Assembly: GCA_963789265.1 (NCBI GenBank)
Contig: CAWBKB010000001.1
Coordinates: 672,001 to 736,000, forward strand
Direction of reading: 5' to 3'
DNA from: an uncultured delta proteobacterium
Lineage (GTDB): Bacteria; Desulfobacterota; Desulfomonilia; Desulfomonilales; Desulfomonilaceae
Length of the DNA: 64,000 nucleotides
Position 1 is the first letter of the stretch. Every line of letters starts with the position of its first letter. Under the pieces are notes generated by a model that was given only the letters and a program-made list of their open reading frames with translations, did no database searches and was not told the DNA's origin. Of the stretch, positions 21,401-31,127 are shown one piece after another. The position numbers and the translations under genes are program-made.

Positions 21401-23548
21401 GGCGAATGGTAAACCGGTCTCCGTGTCTCCGTGCCGGCAACGAACGGCACCTCTCGATCTGCGGCGCCTCGTATCGTTGTGAATTCACGAATTGGTCCCC
21501 GGAAAGGTATTCCCTGTGGAAAATCTGCCTCAGCCAGTTCAAAATGAAGTTGAGCCAGGGTGCGTACCTCCGACAGCACCCCCGCGCAAGCGCCGCTCAT
21601 GAACTGTCCTTGTTCTGTGCAAATCTGCTCATCGAGCCAAGACCCATCTGACTTGTCGAGTCCCCGGGCCGCAATGAAGAGGCTGCCTGAGCTTAGCTGC
21701 TCGATGTCTCTCCGAAAAGAGGATTCATCTCCCGATCCTGCCTCAAAATCACGTTCCCGGCTGCAAATCGTCTCGGTCTTCTTTGTCCGCAGAGATCGCA
21801 CCCGAAGCCCGGTTCCTTCGCCGGTCACCACCGTAGACCCTGGTTGTGCTTCCAGCACCATGCGCTGATATAGAGGCGTCAGAGCACCTGTTGTCACAAT
21901 TTCACCGGTGGTGAGGTAGCAAGTTCCCGCTTGGATCGCGTCTGCCCCCAGCATCGCGGCCAAGAGTGCAGTCTCACGATCGCAGATGCCGCCTGCAAGA
22001 ATCACCCTTCGATCGTCAAAGAGACCCGGATCGCGATTTTTCCAATCCAGTACGATCTGAGCCAGTGTCAGGGTCGAATATTCTCCTATGTGCCCCCCCG
22101 CTTCATTTCCCTCGCAAACCACGTACCTGACGCCGGCACTGAAAGCCAGCTCAATGAGTTTCTCGTTCGGTGCGACATAGATTACTTCTATGCCGTTTTC
22201 CAGCAGTCGCCGGGCATGGGAGGGATCGCCTGCGGCAACTACGGCAAATTTGGGTCTTTCGCAAAGAATCCATTCCATCTCCGCGTTCAGGTGCGGATTT
22301 TCGTCCAATGCGATCACATTCACAGCGAAGGGTCTGTCCCCCATGGTCTCGCGCAGATTACTCAGCTTATCTTCCAGCAACGATCTCGGCATTGATCCCA
22401 GGGCGATGGTGGGCAAACCGCCGGCCTCGGACACCTTCAAGGCAAATTGAGGTGAATCGGTAATCCAAGACATGGCTCCTTGAATCAACGCATACTTGGT
22501 ACCCATATCGCGGGCAACCCGGCTGTTTGTGAATATCTTTTCCTTTGCCGGAGCGAGTTTGCACAGTTGTTCGATTTCTCCGAGAAAACCGTCTATGGCC
22601 TGTTCACTGGAAGTGCCAAATCGCCTGACGAAGGATTGCGCAAAAGCTGCCTCGACGCCCAGTGGGATGATTTCTTCTCTCGAAAAACTGCTTTGCAACG
22701 GGTACACGCTATTTTGCTGGATTCTCTCGGCTAAGCGGCGGCGATCTTCATCTCGGATTTCTTGTCCGCACAAGGAATTCGCATATACTCTCATGGCCTT
22801 CACCGCGAGAGAATTGCCCTTGTTAAAAAGGCGGCAAGGCACATCGAAGTTTAGCGCCACACGATCGGTATGTTCGGGACGGAGGGCCGATATCTTGTCC
22901 CGTATCATCTGATCGACCGAGCAGAGATCGGTGAGCCAGTGGAGGCTTTCGAAAACAATGCCCTTGCATCCTACGGTCAGAAAGGCCGCTGCGGCTTCAG
23001 GGGTTGCCACGCCTCCCCACACGAGCAAATTTCTGGGCTCACCGTGGGTCCTGACCATGTGGCGTACAGCGGAGAAAAGGGTAAAAATGGTTTCGCTGCT
23101 GACGAACCCTGCGGCTTCCGAGCCCTTAACTACTATGTTCCGAAGGTTGGGATACTCGTGAACGACGAGACCGATAAGATCCAGGTCGCCCACTATCGGA
23201 TAGCAATTCAACCGTGTGGACAATTGTACCTAGTAGATCCAGATAGTTATTGGCATGGCGACGAAGAAGCACGGGATTCAATTCAACCCACAGGCTTTCA
23301 ACCCCTGCTCTTTGAAGAAAATCTCCGAGCCTGGCGTCGGTGAGCCACTCAGGTGAAATCTTCACGTGTGCCGCGCCGGCCAAGTCGGCGGGCCTCAGCA
23401 TTGCCTCAACTCCCCACTCCGGATCGGATGAGGTCAAGTCGAGAATGGCTCTGCTCCCGACCTTGTGAGATGTTTCCAGGACTGCGGGTATCCGGTCCTC
23501 CGGACGCCACACAAATGCAATCAAAGGATATTCGTTGCCGGCAGACAT
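15441..23548 (-). CDS. Single-module type I PKS/FAS-like synthase: ER-like, ER (NPD/FabK), KS, AT, ACP, KR, DH; split by two apparent frameshifts (~23229, ~18905)
   Basis: IQGAMSWI / EGNEAGGH (FMN ER); TAACATAL, CHATGT, SQIGHT (KS triad); GHSLG and AFHS (malonyl AT); DLSIRSS (ACP); GGAGGI and NYAAGN (KR); DHKPF (DH). Three overlapping ORFs join seamlessly if one base is removed at each junction. Start uncertain. Confidence 0.85.
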
Positions 23549-23733
23549 ATCCGTTGCACCAACGCCAACAGGCGACAGGATCAGGTCTTGTTTCTTGCAG
23601 CATGGAGATCGCGGCTCATGTGGGACTCCATCATTCCAATGTGAGTAGGACTGTACAGGGCGAGAGGAAAAAGGCAAGAAACAAGAGGTGACCCCTTGCT
23701 CTCGGTTGAGAGCAAGGGAGTGATAGCCGCAAC

Positions 23734-24162
23734 CTATCCCCTCTTAACCGCACCGACTTTCAGCCTGATTCCTCCGTATCCCGAACAATCCACGCCCACG
23801 TCAAGGCACCGAACTTGGTGCATGAAATGGAATTCTTGGGGGTCAAGGCTCTCGCTAAGCCTCTCGTTAATGAGCGCGACGGGCACGGCCAACTGAGATA
23901 CAGCGTACACGCACATTTTTTTCGGACACAATTTCGTGATAAAATTGCCGTCCACGTCAAGGACGAACTTGTCGCCGACCTTGTACCCGGAATTGCAGTG
24001 CCTGGATTCCACCACTTCAGCTTCGATGGTGTACGCCGCGAAAGCAGCGGCCATTCTTTCCATGTGACGCACCCACGGGTCGTTGTCCCTAAATTTTTCC
24101 AGATCGGACTCGCTGTATCCGACGCGATCGCCGAATTTCTTGAGTATCTCTCTTGCTGACAT
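23734..24162 (-). CDS. Cys-rich hypothetical protein (TIGR04076-like)
   Basis: VVESRHCNSGYKVGDKF, CPKKMC, RCLDVG..C; GGAGG RBS before ATG 24162. Confidence 0.7.
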   Translation of the reverse strand: MSAREILKKFGDRVGYSESDLEKFRDNDPWVRHMERMAAAFAAYTIEAEVVESRHCNSGYKVGDKFVLDVDGNFITKLCPKKMCVYAVSQLAVPVALINERLSESLDPQEFHFMHQVRCLDVGVDCSGYGGIRLKVGAVKRG

Positions 24163-24264
24163 AGGTACCTCCCAGGTATAAATCGGGCAGTGTTTATGTT
24201 TTAGAACACATCTTGGGGTCACCCATTAACTTGACCCCTTACACTTGAAAAATCAACAAGCTCC

Positions 24265-25731
24265 GTGGGGTCTCGGGTCTCATGGCCGCATCTTGATTTA
24301 TCGACCGCCAAACACTTACTTTTTCACGCTGTTCAGACTTGTCACCGATTCTTGGAAGTGCTACATGAATTGCGGTTCATCACCCCGCCGAAACTTGAAC
24401 TGGAGCCTGCATTGCGAGCGTCCGATACAAACGAGATCACGTTGAACCTCAGGGCTGACCCCGTTTTCTTGCCGGTGGTCACCTCTTTTGTGCAAGAAGG
24501 GACTAGAGCGTTCGGCCTGGGGGAGCCGGAAGCATTGGCACTGACCTTAGCCGCGGAAGAGATTTTCGCTTATCTTTGCCACGTCGCCGCACCGGGCCGA
24601 GAGGTCCAAATCCGATGTCGATCCTGCGGATATTACGTGGACCAGGAATTTCTTTTCCAGGCGCGGGATTTCAACATGAGGGCCTTCAATCTCACTGCTT
24701 CAGCATCTTTCGATGACGAGGCGAGCCAACAAGAGACAGGACTCTTGATAGCGTCACGCATGGTCGATCGCTTTCAGTTCTTCCAGGAAGAGGCCGGTCT
24801 AAGACTAATTCTAACCAAAGAGAAGACTTATCCTTCGCTATCCGATCTGCCTATTCCCGAATCCGAACCATTGCCGGTATTCTTCGTCAGGCCCCCTGAC
24901 TCTGAAGAGCTGAAGAGTTTTGTCCGCATGGTGAACGGCCATTATCCCGTGCACATAATCCCTGCGAGCTTGACTCTTCCCGGAAAGGTCGTAGACATGA
25001 CAGCGTGCGGAGAGCTGCATGCCGCAGTAGCGGTGGACAAGGTCGGCCACATCGGGGGAGGAATTGCCTGGCGCCGGGAAGGGACGCAATTGGTCGAATT
25101 CTACGGCCCATACGTGTTCAACCAACTTGCAGATTCGGATATGGCACAGGTTTTGACCGATCACTGCATCGCGGCGGTAGCCAGGGGAAATGTCGGCGGG
25201 CTGATCAATCGCTACCCGACTCCGGACCTGCCTGTGGCCTATTTTGAATCGCTGGGATCTCTCACGCTTCGCCAAAGAAATGGCACGTCGCGGGAAACCG
25301 TTGCCTTTTACCGTCATCTCGAAGAGGATCTGGGTCTATCTGTGTGGTCACATTCTTCGCTCGACGCGTTTCTGAAGGAACAATACCAGAGGCTGGTCTT
25401 TGCAAGAGAAATCAGGCCCCTGACGGAAGCGGGTGAATCCTCTTCGCCGTTCTCGGTAATTTCTGCGCAATTCGATCGTGTTTCGGACCGCGTAACATTG
25501 CACCCTATCTGGTGGGGACAGAATGCGGATGAGATCGTGGCAGCTTATGTGGGGACGCTTTTGAAAGAGGAACTCCCGAATATCTTCTTTCACATGGATT
25601 TGGGCAGACCCTGGCACTGCTACTTCACTCCGGCACTCCTTAAGTGTGGCTTCGGTCCCCGTCTGCTGCTCCCTTACGCGGGTAAAGGCGATCTGGTTGT
25701 TTTCCAGCACAAGCTGGGTGGCCGGTCCTGA
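24265..25731 (+). CDS. Putative degenerate RsbW-like (HATPase_c_2) domain fused to a GNAT-like region
   Basis: LTLAAEEIF, ETGLLIASRMVDRF and GLRLILTK resemble the anti-sigma kinase fold; FVRPP..EE..FVR resembles a GNAT start; true start uncertain. Confidence 0.55.
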   Translation: MGSRVSWPHLDLSTAKHLLFHAVQTCHRFLEVLHELRFITPPKLELEPALRASDTNEITLNLRADPVFLPVVTSFVQEGTRAFGLGEPEALALTLAAEEIFAYLCHVAAPGREVQIRCRSCGYYVDQEFLFQARDFNMRAFNLTASASFDDEASQQETGLLIASRMVDRFQFFQEEAGLRLILTKEKTYPSLSDLPIPESEPLPVFFVRPPDSEELKSFVRMVNGHYPVHIIPASLTLPGKVVDMTACGELHAAVAVDKVGHIGGGIAWRREGTQLVEFYGPYVFNQLADSDMAQVLTDHCIAAVARGNVGGLINRYPTPDLPVAYFESLGSLTLRQRNGTSRETVAFYRHLEEDLGLSVWSHSSLDAFLKEQYQRLVFAREIRPLTEAGESSSPFSVISAQFDRVSDRVTLHPIWWGQNADEIVAAYVGTLLKEELPNIFFHMDLGRPWHCYFTPALLKCGFGPRLLLPYAGKGDLVVFQHKLGGRS

Positions 25732-26836
25732 TGAGTAGATGGTCGCCGGAAAAGCTGCTGCCGGACTATATCAAGCGCTTCGAGGCTTATGTCCCGAGCA
25801 AACCGGACGCAGAGCTAATCAAGCTCTTCGGTTGCTCACGACTTTACCGGCTAAACAATAACGAAAACCCGTTGGGGCCTCCCCCAGCGGCTAAGAAGTA
25901 CTCCAAACCTTTCCGCCGCCCAAAGCTGCTGTTTACCCGAGCGGGGACGCATTCTATCTTCGTCGGAAGCTCGCTGCGAAGTTCAACAAGGAGCCGGGTC
26001 AGTTTCTGGTGGGCAACGGCGCCAATGAGGTAATTAGCTTCGTCATCAAGGCATTCTGCGAGAAAGACGACAACATCGTAACCGCAGACAAGACCTTTGC
26101 CGTTTATGAATGGGTTGCCGAGTTTTCAGGTTTCGAGGCGAGACTGGTTCCGCTCAGAGATTACGCATTCGATGAACAGAGCATGCTTGACCGCATTGAC
26201 CACCGAACCAAAATTCTATTCCTGTGCAATCCGAACAATCCGACCGGGACTTACTGGAGCACCGAAAAGCTCCGACATTTCCTGGATGCAATAGACGGCC
26301 GCCAAGTGGTCGTGGTGGACGAGGCATACTGCGAGTTCGTTGAAGCGGACGATTATCCGGATGGAATGTCCCTCATTGAGGAATACCCCAATCTGGTCAT
26401 CTTCCGGACCTTCTCAAAGATGTACGGACTCGCGGGGCTACGCATCGGATATTGTGCCGGCCAATTGCCGCTGATAGACCTGATTCGGCGCACCTGCATC
26501 GTGTATTCAGTAAATGTCATGGCTCAAGAAGCGGCGCTCGCAGCGGTTACCGAAGATGACCACATCATCAGCACGCGGCAGATGGTCCGAGAAGGAAAGG
26601 CGTTTTTGACAAAAGAACTTTCAAGATTGAAGTTGCCTTTCATCTGCGGCGAAGGCAACTTCGTGATGGTCAAACTTCCCATGAGCGACACCCTTGCTTA
26701 CCGCAAGCTCATGACTCAAGGAGTGATGGTGCGCACGATGACCGGCTTCCGTTTTCCTAATCACATCAGGATAACGGTCTCCCATATTGAGGCGATGGAG
26801 GCACTTGTCGGAGCCCTGGGGAAGATCCTGCTGTAG
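25731..26836 (+). CDS. HisC-like class II PLP aminotransferase (one frameshift ~25895)
   Basis: LNNNENPLGP, GNGANE, CNPNNPTG, DEAY, RTFSKMYGLAGLRIGY. Confidence 0.88.
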
Positions 26837-26902
26837 CAGGCGGAGCAAAGGGAATAATTTGCGGCAGAATACCGTTGCCAAAGAACCGGCATATGACACC
26901 AA

Positions 26903-27038
26903 TGTCATTGCGAGGAGTGAATGGTGGGACAGGCTTCTAGCCTGTCTATTAGGGATGACGGGCAAGATGCCCGTCCTACCGGCAATTTATGCTCACCCGG
27001 ATGAGAGATTGCCACGGGCTTGCGCCCTCGCAATGACA
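26903..27038. repeat. Composite palindromic repeat, copy 2
   Basis: Matches 7489-7621. Confidence 0.8.
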
Positions 27039-27084
27039 GTCAGGTTTCTACGTTAAGCGAATAGTTCTGATAAGTAATTCATTC

Positions 27085-29451
27085 ATGAAAAAACTGGACA
27101 ATATTCCTAAATTCGCGGTCTCGAACAGCGGCCAACACACGCCCGACCAACCACTGAGCATCGGGGCTGCGGCCCCGCGCATTGATGCGTACGAAAAAGT
27201 CACAGGCAAAACCAGGTTTGCTACGGATTACTACAGCGAAAACATGCTTTGGGCCGGTGTAAAACGAGCCGGAATCCCCCATGCCCGACTGAAAGCCGTC
27301 AACACGAGCCTGGCCGAGAAACACGGTGGGGTGATTCATGTGCTGACTCACAAAAATGTTGCCGGCACAAACAGGCAAGGAGTGATCCGAAAAGACCAGC
27401 CAGTGCTCGTCGATGACAAGGCCCGGCATTGCGGCGATGCAATAGCGCTGGTTTTGGCCGAGGATAAGAAAGCTTTGAAAGAGGCAATTGATCTCATTGC
27501 ATGTGATTTCGAACCCCTGCCGGCAGTTTCCGACGTGGAAAAGGCACTGGAAGCGGAGTCACCACTGGTGCACCAGGACAACGCCGACGGCAATGTCCTT
27601 CTGCAAGGTGCGTTGAATGTCGGGGCCGGGGAAGCGGCGGAAAAGGAATGCGATATTCTCTTGGAAGCCTGCTTCGAGACACCGCGGCAAGAGCATGCGT
27701 ACCTCGAGACCGAGGCAGGTTGGGCCCAGTTGGATGAGGACGACAGACTAACCATTGTTTGCTCGACACAAACTCCGTTTCGAGATCGCATGGAAGTCGC
27801 GGAAGCACTGGGAATAGATCCCGCGAGGATTCGAATAATCGCACCGTATGTAGGCGGCGCCTTTGGAGGCAAGGATGGAGTGACCGTGCAAAGCCTTCTG
27901 GGCCTCGCGGCTCTTCATTCCCAGGGGAGACCCGTCAAAATGTGGTGGGGCCGCGAAGAATCATTCCTCGCGGGGACGAAGCGTCACGCAGCTCGGATGT
28001 ACTACCGCATCGGAGCTAAGAAAGACGGCTCGCTACACTATTTAAATGCCAAATTGTACTTCGATACAGGCCCTTACGATCATCTCGGCGGCGTCGTAAT
28101 GACGCTCGGACTCGAACACTGCGGCGGACCTTATCGTATCCCGAACGCGGTTTTGCGGTCATGGAGTGTTTACACAAACAATCCCATCGGAGGGGCCTTC
28201 CGGGGATTCGGAGTTACCCAGGTGACGGCCGCCATCGAGCAGATGATGGACATGGCGGCTCAAGAGCTGAACATGGACCCCGTCGAGCTTCGCCTGAAGA
28301 ATGCAGTGAAAAGAGGAGACAAGAATTGCGTGGGCAAGACTCTCGTCTGCTCCACCGGCCTGGTTGATTGTCTCGAAGCGGTCGCTAAACATCCACTCTG
28401 GCGGCAAGGCAAGTCCTGGAAATCAGCGGCAGGTATGTTCAAACATCGCGGGGTCGGGATTGCGGCAGTCATGCAAGCATCCGGGTACGGACCGGTTGTT
28501 CCGGACACGGCCAACGCCAAGATTGAACTAACGGAAGAAGGCAAATTTAAAATTTACTGCGGAGTAGTGGACATGGGGCAGGGAAACGCTTCTGCCAACG
28601 TGCAGATAGCGGGAAGCATCCTGGGGCAGGAGGCCGGGCGGATGGAAGTTGTCCTTCCCGACACGGATCGGACTCTGCCCAGCGGGTCTGCCTCTGCCAG
28701 CCGATGCACCTACACTTTCGGCAACGCTCTGATCGGCGCCGCAGAAATTCTTAGAGGCCGCATCCTGCAGCGGGCCGCGGATCTTTTCATGGCTTCGGGC
28801 GAGGAACAAATGGCACTCGTTCCGGGCGCCGTGAGATTTCTTACTAAGGGCCGAGAGATCTCCCTCTCCAAAATGGCTCAATTGCTCAACGAGGGAGAAC
28901 GGGTCGCCACATTCCGATTCAGGGCGCCGATTGCGGGCGATACTGTGACCTCGGATGAGAACCTCAGGCTTCACGGTCTGCCCCACACTCTCTTCTCCTA
29001 CGGCGCACACGCGGCTTGTGTCGAGGTTGACGAGCTTACGGGGACAGTGGACGTGAAAAGTTACTTGGCGGTCAGCGACTGCGGCAAGATCATGAACCCA
29101 CAAATCTACCAGCAGCAGGTTCACGGCGGGATAGCTCAAGGGCTGGGATATGCGCTCTCCGAGGAGTTCACGGTGACTGACGGGAAGGCTACCAGCCGCG
29201 ATTTTTCCACTTACATCTTGCCAACTGCCGCTGACGTTCCGGAGATAGAATCGGTTGCGGTCGAGCTTTATGAGCCGACGGGGCCTTTCGGACTCAAAGG
29301 AGTGGGAGAAGTCTCCACCAACGGCCCGCTGCCGGCCATTGCCAATGCTGTGGCCGACGCCTGCAACATACGGGTGCTCCGGTCACCGCTTACAGCAGAG
29401 CGAATCCTAAGAGCCGTTCGCGAAAAGGAAGGGAAGGGGCCTGCAAATTGA
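27085..29451 (+). CDS. Xanthine dehydrogenase-family molybdopterin-binding subunit
   Basis: QEHAYLE, GGAFGGK, AFRGFG, DMGQG, KGVGE. Confidence 0.93.
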   Translation: MKKLDNIPKFAVSNSGQHTPDQPLSIGAAAPRIDAYEKVTGKTRFATDYYSENMLWAGVKRAGIPHARLKAVNTSLAEKHGGVIHVLTHKNVAGTNRQGVIRKDQPVLVDDKARHCGDAIALVLAEDKKALKEAIDLIACDFEPLPAVSDVEKALEAESPLVHQDNADGNVLLQGALNVGAGEAAEKECDILLEACFETPRQEHAYLETEAGWAQLDEDDRLTIVCSTQTPFRDRMEVAEALGIDPARIRIIAPYVGGAFGGKDGVTVQSLLGLAALHSQGRPVKMWWGREESFLAGTKRHAARMYYRIGAKKDGSLHYLNAKLYFDTGPYDHLGGVVMTLGLEHCGGPYRIPNAVLRSWSVYTNNPIGGAFRGFGVTQVTAAIEQMMDMAAQELNMDPVELRLKNAVKRGDKNCVGKTLVCSTGLVDCLEAVAKHPLWRQGKSWKSAAGMFKHRGVGIAAVMQASGYGPVVPDTANAKIELTEEGKFKIYCGVVDMGQGNASANVQIAGSILGQEAGRMEVVLPDTDRTLPSGSASASRCTYTFGNALIGAAEILRGRILQRAADLFMASGEEQMALVPGAVRFLTKGREISLSKMAQLLNEGERVATFRFRAPIAGDTVTSDENLRLHGLPHTLFSYGAHAACVEVDELTGTVDVKSYLAVSDCGKIMNPQIYQQQVHGGIAQGLGYALSEEFTVTDGKATSRDFSTYILPTAADVPEIESVAVELYEPTGPFGLKGVGEVSTNGPLPAIANAVADACNIRVLRSPLTAERILRAVREKEGKGPAN

Positions 29452-29921
29452 AGATCGCCTTTACTCTCAACGGGAAAGAGACGCATCTGGATGTTCCCGC
29501 TGACCGTCGTGTCCTGGACGTACTCCGAGAAGATCTCGGCCTGACAGGCACGAAAGAGTCGTGTTCCGCAGGGGATTGTGGAGCTTGCACGATTCTTGTG
29601 AACGGCGAGAGCAAGCTTTCCTGCCTTATGCTTGCCGCGCAGCTTGAAGGCCGCGAGGTCACTACCATAGAAGGGCTTGCCCAAGACGATTCCTTGCACC
29701 CTGTCCAGCATGCATTTGCCGAGCACGGGGCTGTCCAATGCGGTTTTTGCGTCCCGGGCATGGTCATGGCCTCGGCAGATTTGCTCCAGCGCAACCCCAA
29801 CCCCTCGAGAGACGAAATCAGAGAAGGTTTGGCCGGCAATCTTTGCAGGTGCACCGGGTACCAGAAGATTGTGGACGCTGTTGAGGCGGCCGCAGTTGCG
29901 CTCAGGGAAAAGGAAGAGTGA
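29448..29921 (+). CDS. Xanthine dehydrogenase-family (2Fe-2S) subunit
   Basis: CSAGDCGAC, QCGFC, CRCTGY. Confidence 0.95.
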   Translation: MKIAFTLNGKETHLDVPADRRVLDVLREDLGLTGTKESCSAGDCGACTILVNGESKLSCLMLAAQLEGREVTTIEGLAQDDSLHPVQHAFAEHGAVQCGFCVPGMVMASADLLQRNPNPSRDEIREGLAGNLCRCTGYQKIVDAVEAAAVALREKEE

Positions 29922-30772
29922 TGAGAGAAGTCTTTCTGCCACGTACTCTCGAAGAACTCTGGGAGATTTTGGAAAAGAAACCCGGTGCCGCAATTTATGC
30001 CGGAGGGACCGACCTCTTTGTAAAAATGCGATCAACCGGTCTCTCGCCGTCGTGCTTTGTCTGCCTCGAACGAATTGAGGTCCTGCAAGGCGTGAGAGAA
30101 GAAGGGGATACAGTGTTCATAGGGCCGGCCACCACGCACAGTCGGCTTCTCGATAACCAACTGATTCGAGACCAGTTTCCCGTGCTGGCCAGATCCATAA
30201 GCGTCTTGGCGTCTCCACCCATTCGCCACATGGGCACAATCGGGGGCAACATTGTGACGGCTTCTCCTGCCGGTGACACGCTGCCCGCTCTCTATGTGCT
30301 GGGTGCGGAAGTTGAAATCGGCTCGCGCAGCCGGACGCGACGGCTCTCAATTGAGAGTTTCATTCATGGTCCGGGAATTGTGGATTTGCAGCCGGGGGAG
30401 GTTTTGACCGGCTTGTGTCTTAGGAAAGCTCCGCATTGGAACATTCACCATTACGAGAAGGTAGGAAAACGGAAGGCCCAGGCTTGTGCGATAGCCAGCA
30501 TGGCCGCGGTTCTTCAAGTCTCCAAGGAAGGCATAATAGAACAAGCCCGGATGGCGTGGGGGAGTGTGGGGCCCACTGTAGCAAGATCCGCAGAAGTTGA
30601 GCGATCCATAACGGGCAGAAATCTCGATCTAAAGACATTGAAGCCCGCTGTGAATCTGGTCGAGGAAGCCGTCCAGCCCATTGACGACATCCGGGCTAGC
30701 GGGGAGTATCGACGAACCGTAGCCGGTGCACTCCTCCTGCGCTTGGCCGAATATGCCGGCCGTTGCTTTTAA
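29918..30772 (+). CDS. Xanthine dehydrogenase-family FAD-binding subunit
   Basis: AGGTDL, IRHMGTIGGN, PIDDIRASGEYR. Confidence 0.93.
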   Translation: MMREVFLPRTLEELWEILEKKPGAAIYAGGTDLFVKMRSTGLSPSCFVCLERIEVLQGVREEGDTVFIGPATTHSRLLDNQLIRDQFPVLARSISVLASPPIRHMGTIGGNIVTASPAGDTLPALYVLGAEVEIGSRSRTRRLSIESFIHGPGIVDLQPGEVLTGLCLRKAPHWNIHHYEKVGKRKAQACAIASMAAVLQVSKEGIIEQARMAWGSVGPTVARSAEVERSITGRNLDLKTLKPAVNLVEEAVQPIDDIRASGEYRRTVAGALLLRLAEYAGRCF

Positions 30773-30802
30773 ATAGGGCCATTTGTCACCCTGGACTCCG
30801 AA

Positions 30803-30979
30803 CCAATGCTGTTGACTTAAGCCGCATGCCTCTTGTCCAGGAGCTTTTCCTTCGACGAGGCCTTGACCTCGTCATTCCGGCGGAGGCCGGAATCCAGGTT
30901 TTCCTAATCTCCCCTGGACCCCGGCCTTCGCCGGGGTGACGGTGGGGTAGATGGAGGTCCCTTGAGTCAACAGCATTGG
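30803..30979. mobile_element. ~177-bp MITE-like element
   Basis: TIR CCAATGCTGTTGACTTAAG / CTTGAGTCAACAGCATTGG (18/19); internal GTCATTCCGGCGGAGGCCGGAATCCAG palindrome. Confidence 0.7.
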
Positions 30980-31020
30980 GACCTCGATCCGGGATCCAGT
31001 CTGTCCCGCGAGAAGCGAGG

Positions 31021-31113
31021 CCGCGTACGCGGGCATGACGACTTGGCAATCCCACCCGGGCGGGACTGTCCCACCAGGAACACGGCATCACTTGCCTGGA
31101 AGCGAATCGGTAT
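31021..31113 (-). repeat. Dispersed repeat with ATACCGATTCGC...CAAGTG...CCGTG end
   Basis: Homologous to 60289-60380; same end motif at 46843-46875 and 52168-52200. Confidence 0.75.
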
Positions 31114-31127
31114 GAGGTCATAACCAC

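Noticed and set aside
25731..26836. Assigning the symbol hisC
   Set aside because: Family-level match only, with no his genes nearby; probably a paralogue with another substrate
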